A DNA stretch of 64,000 nucleotides, from contig NC_089429.1 in NCBI RefSeq assembly GCF_026210795.1, forward strand, positions 5,146,001-5,210,000. Direction: 5' to 3'. The translations under genes and the position numbers were made by a program. The DNA comes from Rhizophagus irregularis. Taxonomy: Eukaryota. The notes under the pieces were generated by a model that worked only from the letters and a program-made list of their open reading frames with translations, was not told the origin of the DNA and did not search any database. Shown piece after piece: positions 11,632-24,618 of the stretch. How positions within the stretch are numbered: the stretch's first letter is position 1; each line of letters opens with the position of its first letter.

Positions 11632-14600
11632 ATAATAAATTAAAATTTATAAATTCTTTACTAACCTGTAATAAATTTTGAATTTTTGTTTGATAATTTT
11701 TAAAAATTTTTAAAATATCATTTTTAACTGTATCTGCAGTCAGAATACGTGCTGATGGATTACAAATATTAATCAAATAACCAAACTCGGGAGATTCAAC
11801 AGTAGTAAATGGCAGATCATCTGCAGCGATCCATGTAGCAAGTTTTTCCCGAAAAATCTCATTTGTAAATATCTATAAATAGGTTTAATTAATGAATAAA
11901 TTATTACTTTAAAAATAAAATAAATAAATTATACTTACTAATCGTTGATTATCTTCACGTAGAAAATTATTCATCAATTCTACTTGCTTCATAGTAGGAG
12001 GATCAATTTTGTTTGGATGTAACTTAAGATGGCGATTTAAATTACCTGTTGAGCTCCCTTTGCCCATATTATATTTACCGCCACTGTTAAATAATATATT
12101 ATATAAATTATAAAGGAATTTTTTAACTGTATTGAAATATAAAAATTCTTTACCTGCAATATCGGCATTTTGCCCATATTACGCCCTTTTCATCTTTAAA
12201 CTTATCAAAATGATTCCACACATTACTTCCTTTTTTATTTTCGTCCAATGTGCTTAAAACTGATTCATCAGCTTTATTTTCGTCTTGAATATTTTGTTCT
12301 TCTTCATTTCTACGCAGTTCTTCATTTATACGCAGTTCTTCTTCATTTATATGTGGTTCTTCTTCATTTATACGTAATTCTTCTTCATTTATACATGATT
12401 CTTCTTCATTTATATGTGGTACTTCATTTATATCTTTTTCACTTAATATTTCTTCTTGAAGTAATATCTCATCTTCTTGAAATAACACTTCATCCTCTTC
12501 TTGATCAAATAACATTTTTTCTTTACGTGAACGTTTTGATTTATGAATATTATTATTTTTAAACTCTTTATTGTTTTTATGTTTTTCTTTAAACATTTTA
12601 TATTTTATGAAGTAAAAAAAGAAAAATTTTTTTTACAAAAAAAAGGATTTTCATAGATTTATAACAAACAATTGATAATCAATTTACTAATTTGGTTCAA
12701 TTATTCTGATCAACAGGTTTATTTATTTAATAAATATTTTACATTTAAACGTAATAATAATTTAATATATGTGACCCGAATCTGACCCGGATAGACTCGG
12801 TTAGATTAAAAAATTTACCTGACCCAATATCAGGTTAATAATTTGTCAATCTGACCTGAAAATTTCAGGTCAACCTGACGGGTCACCCAGGTTGACCTGA
12901 CCCGTTCGGAGCTCTAGAAAGTCCTGTATATATCTTCTTTGTCGGTAGAAGAGTGATATGTTTTTTCGATATTTTTAAGAATTTTTTGAGAAAACTTTGA
13001 ACAGAGGTTTCTTTTCATGTATATTATGTATACAAGAGTATAGAGTCCGGAAAATCAAAAAACTAGGGCTTATTTCTATGTATGAAAAATAGTTTTTATA
13101 ATAAATTTTTCGTCTAAAATAAATGGTCCTAGGATTTTGCGGAAAGAGTTCTCTGATCAAATTTTAAGTAGGTTAGTTAATCTATACTAACAATATCTTT
13201 CGCAATATCACATCACGTGAGAATCGCGAGATCAGATGTAATATTCCATTAATATAAATTGGTTTTATTTTTTTTTCACTCTTGTTCTTTTAGTCCTTTC
13301 ACTATAATTTCGTCTTGGAAAAGTATGTAATTTATTTTTTGTTATATTGTATCATTTTTGTCTTATTTTATTGCGTAAAGTGAAATAATTTTTAATATAA
13401 ATACATACTAAATACCATTTTATTGTTAACTTTTAGTAATAAGAATATGTATAATAAAGAATGTATTTTGCGCATTGCATTTGTTAACAGTTTAAATATA
13501 TTTAATTATAAAAGCTTTATACATAGAAAACATGATGTCTTTAAAATATTGCTAAACTTGTTTTATACTATAACTCTCTTCAATTAAAAATAAAATTGTA
13601 CCAACAATACTAAATTTTTTAAAATAATATAGAATTTTTCTAACTATTCATCGGGGTGATGATCACTGGTGACTGAAATTATGACGAACGACCAGCATTA
13701 AAAAAATATAGTGCCGGTAAAAATTGATAATTCTGGCCAATGGTGATGATCACCCCCGGTGATTTAAAATCTCATTAATAATTTTATAAGCAAAATATTT
13801 TACTTTTTATAAAAAAGTTGCAAGCTGTTAATATTTCTTTGATTTCTTTTTTTTTGAAAAATATTGAAAATATCAATCTGATCTCACAGAATTTTTTCGG
13901 GTGTTACTGGACTAACTGGAGTATTTGACACTTCAGGTGTACTGTACATATTTCTTGTACCAGATAAAATTTTTATAATTATTATGATACACTCAATCAT
14001 TAAAGTTAACCTTCAGTATTTTCAAGAACCATAATATAATCTTTGTCGTTAAATTGATCGTATAGTTTCCATCCAAACATTATAATGCATAAAATTATTA
14101 ATTTATCTTCAACTGCAGATCGGAAATCAATTAATTATAACAATGATGTTGTTAACAATCCTAATAGTGATAATAATAGTGATTTAACAATATATTCAGG
14201 TATTTTTATTAGATTTTCTATGATAAATTAATGCCTCTGTAACGATATCAGATATAATATACTATTTTAAATATCTAATAAAACTATATATGTTAAAAAG
14301 AAAATATTTATAACATTCATGCCAAATTTCATACCTGACTGTTATTTTATAACACACTAAAAAAAGAGTTTGGGGCATATTGTATATTCAGTAGTTGGTT
14401 CCTTAATAATGCCTTATGATTTAATTGTATGGTTATCACAAGCCAGTAATTTTATAAACTCAACATTATTAGGAATACAAAAAAATATTACCGAGAGGTA
14501 AACGATAAGAAGTAGTGAGTGTGTCATTATAGGCGTTTGATATAAAATATATTGTATTTATTGTATTATGAATATAAGGATCTTTTTTCGCGTAAATACT

Positions 14601-14869
14601 AAAAATAATAATGTTCAGAGGTGTGGATTTTTCCACTGATAGATCTGGATTTTAAAATTTTAATAGTACTATTATAGTATATACAGTATATGTAAATTTA
14701 TAAATATACTGCGGCCCTATTAAAAAAAATTTCTTTAAAAAATACTTAAATTTAAAAATACGCTTAAAATTGCAGTTTTAAGTATAATTTAAATGTAAGT
14801 TTTTATACTTAAATTGCAATTTTAAATATATTTTAAGTGTATTTAAAATTTAAGTATAATTTAGATCTA

Positions 14870-15268
14870 CAGTCGGACCTCTACTGTTGTTTTGGGGAAA
14901 ATATATCGGTATGTCAAATTATCGTTACATAACCGTCATCAGTGAATCATTCTTGCCAGCATTATGTAAACTCCGGATAGCTAATATATTAAAATTTCAT
15001 GTGATTTGGACGGAACCTTTATGTTAACTCCGGCCAAATTCATAGTGTTGACCCGAATTAATACCAGTGTAACCTAAAGTATCGGTACATCTTACTATGT
15101 ATTAATTATAAAGGGGCAAAGAAAAGTATCGGTACATGTTACATCGTGAAACCATATATAATATCGGTATAACGAGATTTTTTTATTAATTGTGAAACGG
15201 GACATAGAAAATTTATCGGTACAGGCAATTATCGGTACATAGGATATCGGTACATAGAGGTCTGACTG
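14870..15268. mobile_element. Tc1/mariner (pogo-like) MITE
   Basis: TIR CAGTC(G/A)GACCTCTA; TA TSD on both sides; repeated internal TATCGGTAC motif. Confidence 0.85.
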
Positions 15269-16371
15269 TATTTTAAAGCATTTTAAATATATTTCTTTTT
15301 TGTAAGGATACGGTAAAAGAAAGGCTGTTGGTCAATTGCTCACAGTTTATGAGTAAATGAGAGAGGTGATTTGAGCGGACAATCCATTAGATCTAACATA
15401 TTTAGACACTGCTGTTGAGACTTCAAATTGTTCGAAGGTAATTTTAATATTTTTTTTTTCTTTAAGGATCCTCTTTATGTGTGAAATTGTTGAAATAATA
15501 CTTAGTAGTTTGTGTAGATCATTCCTTTTTGGACAATAGGCGGCATTACGTAATTCTGGCCCGGAAGAGTCTGTTTTTGCTCTTAGCTAACTATCCTATA
15601 TTAAATGCAACAGAAATAACAATTACTCAGTTTGATTATTTAACTACTCTTAAATTTACTTAAAATCCTAAATAAATTTTACCAACAATTTATTGTTTGA
15701 AGTTTGTTAAATTATTTTTTCTTTTTTTTTCGATCGGTAGAGGCGCACTATATGCAAATCTTTGACAAGATTAAAAGACACATAATTGCGAGAAATAACT
15801 ATGAACCCGTTCTATATACCGACCACCTATATCCATTGTATTAGATTTATTATCCAGAAACCGAAGGCCCGATATACGATTTTAATTGCCTGATACAATT
15901 ATAAAATCACGTGATACCTGATGCTATTGTGCATGTCCTATGAGCACTAGATGTGTTTTTCACGTATGTTATTGATCACTCATCCAATTTCTATTGCATT
16001 TCTTGATCAAATGTTCAAGTTATTGGTTTTTTTGTTCTTATTCACGTATGAAATTACATAAAAATCTGCATTTAAATCATTCTTACCATCGAAGTTACGA
16101 TGAAGTTTTTAATCAAAGTTCCTTATTTGCGCAAACGTAAAATAGGACGCAATAAAAATATATAAATTTGAATTATACCATAACTGTTACAAATCGGCGT
16201 GAAGCAGTTGTATATCGCATCTTTTAGCTTTCTTTTTTAGTTGAATTTTTAACATTTTTTTACTTTATTTATAGTCTTATAAAAGACAAGTAATCGTAAG
16301 ATAAATTTATGATTTTATTTATTTATTGCATAATGATAATAATGATAATAATATAATAGATAACAAAATAT

Positions 16372-18436
16372 TCAATAAAGACTAATTCCCTTTTCTTCTA
16401 GAAATTGAATTGCCTTATTGTTATCATTTAAAGCAGCCTTTCTTAACCATTTAATTCCCTCATTTTCGTTCTTTTGAATCTTCAATTTTCCTTTATAATA
16501 AATATCACCTAAATTAAATTGTGCGAAATTATTATTTCCTTCAGCAGCTTTAGTGATATACTTTATAAATGTATTTTTGTTATCCTTTTCAGCCAGAACA
16601 TTTTTAAGAGTAAAAGCATAAAATAATTGAGCATCAGGATGTCCCTCATCAGCAGCTTCTTTAAGTAATTCTCTTCCCTCTTCACGTTCTTTTATACCAT
16701 CAAGAAATCCGTCCCATAAATAACGACCTTTCCAATATTTTGCTGTAATATTCTCATTTGCTGCATGATATTCAAAACATTCCCACGCTTTTTGATGTTC
16801 ATGCATTTTATAAGCTTGTATACCCTCATCTAATGGAATTATTTGAACTATTGGACTAATATCTTCATCTGGTAATACCAAATCATAGATTTCTTTTGAT
16901 CCATCTAAATCCAAGGTTTTATCATCAAGTAAAGCTGGCATATTCTTATCAAACATATAACTAATGGAATTATATAGTCCGTCTAGCATATCAAATGCTT
17001 TCAAAAAAGAAATGCGTTCTTGTGGATTATTCTTCCAAACTAGATATAAAAAAAAAGTTAATAAAAGTATTTTATTATATATTATAAAGTCCCGGATGAA
17101 AATAATACTTACTGTTAATTATAATTTCTTTATAATTTTCTTGGAGTTTGGAAATTTCTGGAGTGGAATCTCCAAATTTAATTATTTCTCTACCACCTTT
17201 AATCACAAAGTCCTTAATTTCGTCTACCCTCAAACTACCATATGGAATTTTTTCAAAAGCAAGTTCCCAAAGCAGAATACCAAAACTAAAAATTTCACAT
17301 TGTGTTGTATATTTTGCCATAAAGCTGATTAATTTCTCAGGAGCTAACCAACGCACGGCTTCATTATCTTCTTCCTTCAACGTAGTGGTGTTCCCAAAAG
17401 TATAACGCGCCAACTTAAAATTATAAATTTTAGGTTCTAGACTTTCTGTTATCAAGATATTTTCACATCTCAGGTCATGATGTAAAATTTCAGCATTTTG
17501 TAAAAATAAAAGCCCACGACAAATGTTAAGAGCAAATCGAACCTTATAATGCCATTGAATATCCTTTTTTTCGTATAGTTCTTTCAAAGTTCCATAATGG
17601 GCCCATTCAAAAACTCGGACATTATCATCGTCAATTTTTGAGACACCATAAAACCTAAGAATATGTTTGCATTCAGATAATTTTATTAAAATTTCAAGAT
17701 GCCCTTGCACTTTTGTATCATCTTCGGTCGTTGAATTTGATTTACATGCTACTTCTTGTCCTCTATAAATTCTTTTCACTACATAATTAGGATGTTTTCC
17801 ACGTTTGTCATCAGATTTTCCTCGTAAGGGGAGTTCTAGATATTTTGAATCAATCTTATTTGCGCCATGAAATGTTTTATCATCAATATGTTTCTTAATA
17901 TACATTACTTCTTCATAAACTTTGTCAACTTTATTGTCCACTGATTTGAGGTATTTATCAAATTCGATAAAAATTTCCGCTAAAGCTTCTTCATCATCCC
18001 TTCTTCGTTCTTCATTATCAACTGTCACAGCAAAATGTAAATCATTCATTGTATTATCATACTTTTCCGTAAGTTTTATGAATTTTTCTTTAACAGAAAT
18101 TGCTTTTACATATTTTCTAAAACCGTGATATTTTGAAATTTCCTTAGTATATTTTTCAATTTCTTCTAAAACATAAATAAATTTATAAAAAGCATTATAA
18201 TATGATTCATTACGTAATTCCTTTTCATTTTTTTTTTTTCTAACTTTTAATAACTCCATAGGAACACGAGTTATTTCCACTCGTTCTGCTAGAGCATTGC
18301 AGACTTTTTTGTTATATTCTGCCGCTTCACAAATTTCTATTATTTTCGTAATTAAGCTTGAAGCCGTTTGAATTAATGGAATGTATGGACCTATTGCATC
18401 TCCTACGATACCGACAGCGTCTTTAACATTATTCAT
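16372..18436 (-). CDS. MLKL-like protein (gene A): N-terminal helical bundle, TKL pseudokinase, Sel1-like repeats; 2 exons, about 663 aa
   Basis: Exons 18436-17113 and 17039-16372 join in frame across a GT-AG intron. N-terminus PLIQTASSLITKIIEICEAAEYNKKVCNALAERV. Kinase fold has VACK, HHDLRCEN, NFK in place of DFG, and WLAPE. Sel1 motifs include AQFNLGDIYYKG and GIKWLRKAA. Confidence 0.88.
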
Positions 18437-19607
18437 GATGGAAATACTTATAGAAAAATATATATATAATTGAAGAAATTATCTAAAAAGCAGGTATATA
18501 AAATAAAAGCCGGCTTTTATTTTTCAAAAAAAAAAAAAATTTTAAAAAAAAAGCGGTTCCACAAACTTTTTCGCCCTAATTTTAAGCGAATATACTTTTC
18601 CTTATAAGTCAATCTAGTCACAAAGAAGTTTATTATTTCATTAAAAAAGCGGTTCCACAGACTTTTTCGTCGTTGTGAACCCTGATTTGAGCGAATACAC
18701 TTATCCTTAAAAGTCTCATGTTTTAATGAATTTTTATTGAATAAGGATATATTTGGTCAAGGGGCGTCCAATAAATTTATGATGATTAAGGATCGGGTAC
18801 CGGGTACATTTGTAAGATGCAATTGGGAATGATCTTACCACGGTGCGCTGTTAACTATGTAAATCAAAACTATATCAAGTCGCCTAAGATTTTTAATATT
18901 TTAGAGTCTAAATTTGATAGACGAAATTTTAATAATAAATTACTACAAAAAAACAGCACATTTTTTTTTAGATGCACAGGTCGAACAATTTCTTCTTTCT
19001 CAAATATTTTCACATTTATTAGCTTCTTCAAACTATCTTTACAAAATTACGAAGCTATTTTTTACATTTACTGGCAAATTATTTTTCAATTGGAATTTTA
19101 AGTAGTTTTTCTTTTTTGAGGTCTGATTTTTTTTAAGTATTTTATTATTAACACACAAAATGGCCTCGTAACTTTGCTAATAAAGTCATGTTCTTAATCT
19201 AATATGCTTTTTTTCTCAAAGTACAGAATAGTTAAAGCCACACATCTAATTGGATGTGAAATATAATACAATGTGTACTTACAAATCATATAAACATCGT
19301 TTTCAATTAAAGGAACGAAACAGTCAAAACTCTATTTGTCGTCAGTTAAAAATTTCAAAAGAAAATTTGGCAAGTTAAAGGAAGTGCGAAAACAAAAAAA
19401 TGAGTCACTTCGGAAAATTCAGCCTCAGCTATTTGGGCCTGATATCGCTTCAATTCTTATGCTTTGCTAAATTAAAAATATTTTTTATATTTAAATTAAC
19501 ATTATTAAATTTAATTATAATATTTGCATTGATAAATTCATTATTGTAACATTGAAATTTTTAACTCATTGTTATTATTAAAAAACCTTAATTAATAATT
19601 TTTATTA

Positions 19608-22600
19608 GAGAAAATTTATTCATCGCACGTGCGATGACATCGCTACCCCATTTTATTTATCACGTGATAAATCCAATTAAAATATAGCACGATTATTGTG
19701 TTACAATAAATATAAACAATTTTATAGCTTCGTCGATAGTTTTTTTTCTAACACTCTTTTTAAATAAAAAAAACAACCTGTTTTTTTGCTTAAAAACGCG
19801 TTAAAGTTGCTTCTTAACATTTAAAAATACTTTTATGTACTAGTAAAGTAGCTCAAAAACTTTAATTGTTCAATTATCATAAAGAAATTGGGTTACACGG
19901 CTCAAGCAGTGATTCGTGAAACATGGAAAATGATAACACTCCACAGGTTAGTCAATTGCGCACATTTTTTTTTTGTGAAATACTACTGAAATACTATTGA
20001 AAGTGCTTAAAAAAAATTAATTTGGGGTAAACGGCATATGGTATAGAGTTTTAATAGTGTTAATTTCTTAACAATTAACATCAATAGCATTATTTATTAG
20101 TTAGATAGCGTTAAATGTACATTATTTATTAGTTAGGTGACGTTAAATAGCGTTAGATATATATTAATTAACGTCACAAAGCATTATATTATTGCGCATT
20201 AATTTATTGGTATTAAATAGCATTACTTTAATGTGCTTAACAGCTAACTTATTTATTAATCTATTAAATAGCAAGAAATTGAAACTGAAGTTGAAATTCC
20301 CGTAGAAATTATTCTTGGTTCAGAATTAGAAAGTCTTGACTCTACAAATTATCCTTCATTAACACATCCTATAGAATTATCTGTTAATTCAAAATTTAGT
20401 TCGTGGGAAATTGCTGAACATTATCTAAAGGAATATGGAAGGCAAAAGGGATTTGTAGTTAATAAATACCGAGTTGAATATATTCAATTATCAAACTCAA
20501 CTGTTCAAATTCCCAGAAGAAGAACATTTGCTTGTGAATATGCTGGAAAGTACAAACCTAACTATAAGTCTAAGCAAATTGATCAACAACGTAATAAAGG
20601 GTCAAAAAAAACTGATTGTAAATGGCGGGTTCACTTGAGTAAAACTATAAATAATAATTTCATTCATGTAACGTCTATCCATCTTGAACACAACCACAAA
20701 ATACTTGCTGATAATACACAATTTGCTACAACATTCCGAAAATTTAATCAATCTATAATGAATGAAATTGAACATGCAGTTATACATGGACGTTGTGATG
20801 CATATACTATAAGAAATCTATTACAACCATTATTTCCTGACCAGCTTTTTCTTACACAAGATCTTTCAAATGCAATTCAAAAAATTAAACGTGAAAAAAA
20901 AATAGCTGGAACAGATGCTTCTCATTTGTTAAAATTTCTCCTTGAACGACAAAAAGAAGAACCTATGATGTTTGTTCAACCTTTAATAAATGCGGATAGT
21001 GATAGACTGTGTGGTATATTTTGGATGACGGAAAATCAAATTATTTTGTGGACGCGTTATTCAGATGTTATTTTACACGATAATACCTCTAGAACTAATA
21101 GATATAACTGTCCATTATCTCTATTTATACTTGTTGATAATGATGGTAAATCACGTTTAGGAGCACAAGCTTTTTTAAATGATGAAACTCAGGAAAGTTA
21201 TGAGTGGATTTTACAACAAACGCTAAATGCAACAGGAATTGAACCAAAAGTTATAATCACTGATATGGATCCTGCAATGGATGTGGCATGTCAAACTACG
21301 TACAAAAATGCGTATCACATACATTGCATTTGGCATATGACCCAAAATTTACCTAAACGTCTCAAAAATAAACTTGGTGCTGCAGATTTTAAGATATTTT
21401 TTCATGATTTTTGGAAAACTCGCAATTCACTATGTGCAGAGGTTTTTGAACAACGATTTCAAGCTTTATTAAATAACTTTCCCAGTGGCAGTGATTATTT
21501 ACATGACCCAATATATTCAACACGCCATTCATGGGCACGAGCATTTACAAACAGAATATTTACAGCTGGTATACAGTCAACACAGCGTGTGGAGTCAATA
21601 AATGCCATTATTCATAAAGTTGTTAATTCTAGCTCTACAATGGCAGAAGTAGCTGAGGCATTAGATTCTCGAATGCAAAAAGAAGAAATAAACAAGAATT
21701 TTATAGCATGGAAATACAAATCAACAATATATCATCAGCCATTTGTTGTGGAAAATTTTTTTAGTAACGTTAATAATATAGTTCAAAAATATTTTTCACC
21801 AAGAATTGTTGGGGAAATACATAAACAAATGTGCGAATCAATAATTTACAAATGTGAAAAACTAGATATTAAAGATGCATTTGAGTTTATTGAGGATCAA
21901 CTGGTGAGTAAAAAATTAAAATTATAGTAGAATGATATAATAAATGTTTAACTAGTACTATTATGTATATATTTTTAGGATCAAAATGAAATTCCCGAAA
22001 ATCAAGAAAGCCAAGGAACGTCAAATGATCAAGAAGAAACCAATAATATTGAAGATTATTACGATTTTCGCCAGACATACTTAAAATCATTGTTAAATTC
22101 AGTACCAAAAGAAATGATTAAAGAAGTATGGCGTATCATTCCATATATGGTGCCAAGTTCATATCAGCATATTATTATTCTTAACGATGGAACCCATTTA
22201 TGTACATGCTTGTTATTGGTTTCATATGGAATTATTTGTCGTCATTATTTTAAATTAATGATTGAAAATCCAAACGCATTATTCCATATAATGCTAATGC
22301 CAACAAGATGGCTTCGGATGACGCTTGGAATCACATTGACTCTATTTTTAATGAAGCTTTTATCGGAACATCATCTAAAAATTTAAAGCCAATTCATGAT
22401 GATAATATTGATCAAAGGATTTATCTTAATCCTAGGCATATTAATCACGTTCAAGAAGTAGAAATTCGTTATTATACACAAAAAAAAGTAGATTATGGTC
22501 GAATTATGGGACATTTTAAGAAAGCACTAAACTATTCATTTGATAATAACGATCAAAAAAATTTAGATGATATTATACTAGCTTACATTGCGGAAAAAGA

Positions 22601-24364
22601 AACTATTATGACTCAATTAGAAAGGGGAAATGTTCTTAAAGACAATAATACAAATAATCAATTAAAGTTGTCTGATGGTCGTACATATGATGTAGATGAT
22701 ATTGGAAATCCATTAAAACGTCAAGGAAAAGGGAGACCTGCTACTAAGCGATTAAAAGCTTGTAATGAACAAAAAAATAAGGCGAGTACGACACAAAAAT
22801 CACAAAAAGAGAATGTACTATATGAAGAAAATATTGAAAATTCAAATGGGCGTAAATGTGGTTTGTGTCATAAAATGGGTCATTATGCTCCCAAGTGTCC
22901 CAATAAGAAAAACGTATAATATTTTAACAATTAAATAAAGTAATAATTTTTACTGTGTATAAATAATAATTTTTTAGTACATGTAAGCTAATTTATTAAG
23001 AGTTGAACAATATACAAATACAATTCTGAATTTCTAATATTTAAACTAACCTATAAAGGATATAATCCCACGAAAATCCTTATCATAAAACACTATTCAT
23101 ACCCTTCGTTGATTTATAAAATAGTGTGTTGAATTTCATTTTGTTTATTTCTGTATAAGCAAGGCTGTACGTCTAATCTTTACATTATGTTAATATCTAA
23201 ATAAAAATTGGGCATTAGTTTGCGAGTTCAGAATTTCATTGCAAATGCACAACCACGACTAAAATATTCATACTTGTTTGTATAAATACCTCTTTCTATA
23301 CTCCTCTTTCAAACACTTCGGATGCAATAAAAGGTGGCTTATCTATTATATGTGGTCGCACAGATCTGTTGTGCATTTATTCCAAAATAAATCTCAAAAA
23401 TATCAAGTGTTTCCTGATGAAAAGTTTTGCCATTATCATATAAAAGAAAAGCAAAAACTAATTCTTTAAATTGAAGTATAAAAACGTATATACTTTTAAT
23501 AAAAAAAAAGAATTTGTTTGATTGCTACTTGATTAAACTAATGAATTATATAAGAAAAATGATTAAAATCCAAGTTAATTTAAGTTATTAAAATTGATGA
23601 ATAAAGAGAAATTTTACCTTCTTAAGCCACTGAAAAACACATCTAGATTCTTTAAAAGCAAAATCCATTAAAGATATTTGACAGAATTGCGTATCTTAGG
23701 AAATTCTTGCTATTTAATAGATTAATAAATAAGTTAGCTGTTGAGCACAATAAAGTAATACTATTTAACACCAATAAACTAATGCGCAATAATATAATGC
23801 TTTGTGACGTTAATTAATATACATCTAACGCTATTTAACGTCACCTAACTAATAAATAATGTACATTTAACGCTATCTAACATCACCTAACTAATAAATA
23901 ATGCTATTGACGTTAATTGTTAAGAAATTAACGCTATTAAAACTCCAAATTAATTTTTTTAAGCACTTTCAATAGTATTTCAGTAGTATTTCACAAAAAA
24001 AAAATGTGCGCAATTGACTAACCTGTGGAGTGTTATCATTTTCCATGTTTCACGAATCACTGCTTGAGCCGTGTAACCCAATTTCTTTATGATAATTGAA
24101 CAATTAAAGTTTTTGAACTACTTTACTAGTACATAAAAGTATTTTTAAATGTTAAGAAGCAACTTTAACGCGTTTTTAAGCAAAAAAACAGGTTGTTTTT
24201 TTTATTTAAAAAGAGTGTTAGAAAAAAAAACTATCGACGAAGCTATAAAATTGTTTATATTTATTGTAACACAATAATCGTGCTATATTTTAATTGGATT
24301 TATCACGTGATAAATAAAATGGGGGGTAGCGATGTCATCGCACGTGCGATGAATAAATTTTCTC
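19608..24364 (+). mobile_element. Mutator/MULE transposon with TIRs of about 670 bp
   Basis: TIR starts GAGAAAATTTATTCATCGCACGTGCGATG and extends to about 20280 and 23700; 9-bp TSD TTTTTATTA (19599-19607 and 24365-24373). Confidence 0.95.
19923..22919 (+). pseudogene. FAR1-like MULE transposase with SWIM and CCHC fingers; one frameshift at about 22315
   Basis: Exons 19923-19946, 20272-21903 and 21979-22919. Motifs FAC...SKKTDCKW...HNH, HDNT, ITDMD, CIWH, STQRVESIN, SWIM CTC...CRH and terminal CGLC..GH..C. The frame changes after MPTRWL. Confidence 0.88.
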
Positions 24365-24618
24365 TTTTTATTATATAACTTGATATAGTTTGATTTACAG
24401 CACGTCACCACCTCGTGTCTAAAGCGTGGTTCGATCACGTGACCAAATTAACCAGTACAATTTTGATTGGTTTATTTTTGTGGCTGAAGCAAGATTATTT
24501 TAACATAAATTTTGGAAATTTTTTTAATCGAATCAATGAAAAATTACATAAAATATAGAAATTTTATTTGATTATATATCCTGGTAAAAAAATTTTTATT
24601 GATTCATTTTTCTAATTT

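Larger units (their letters stand above)
8176..12916 (-). mobile_element. 3'-truncated hAT transposon with a spliced BED-finger transposase
   Basis: Terminus TAGAGCTCCGAACGGGTCAGG at 12916 (minus strand). Exons: 12596-12154 (SNVWNHF...AKCRYC), from 12083 (SSTGNLNRHLKLH), about 11874-11726 (DDLPFTTVE), and about 8393-8180 (ISFALDAWTS, FLGITCHYID, HSGKNLA). The C-terminal half and second TIR are absent. Confidence 0.9.

Noticed and set aside
13650..13762. Short inverted repeat ggggtgatgatcac...gtgatgatcacccc
   Set aside because: Too short and imperfect, with no TSD; at most a MITE remnant.
18545..18720. About 98-bp direct duplication upstream of gene A
   Set aside because: Real but small, with no evidence of function.
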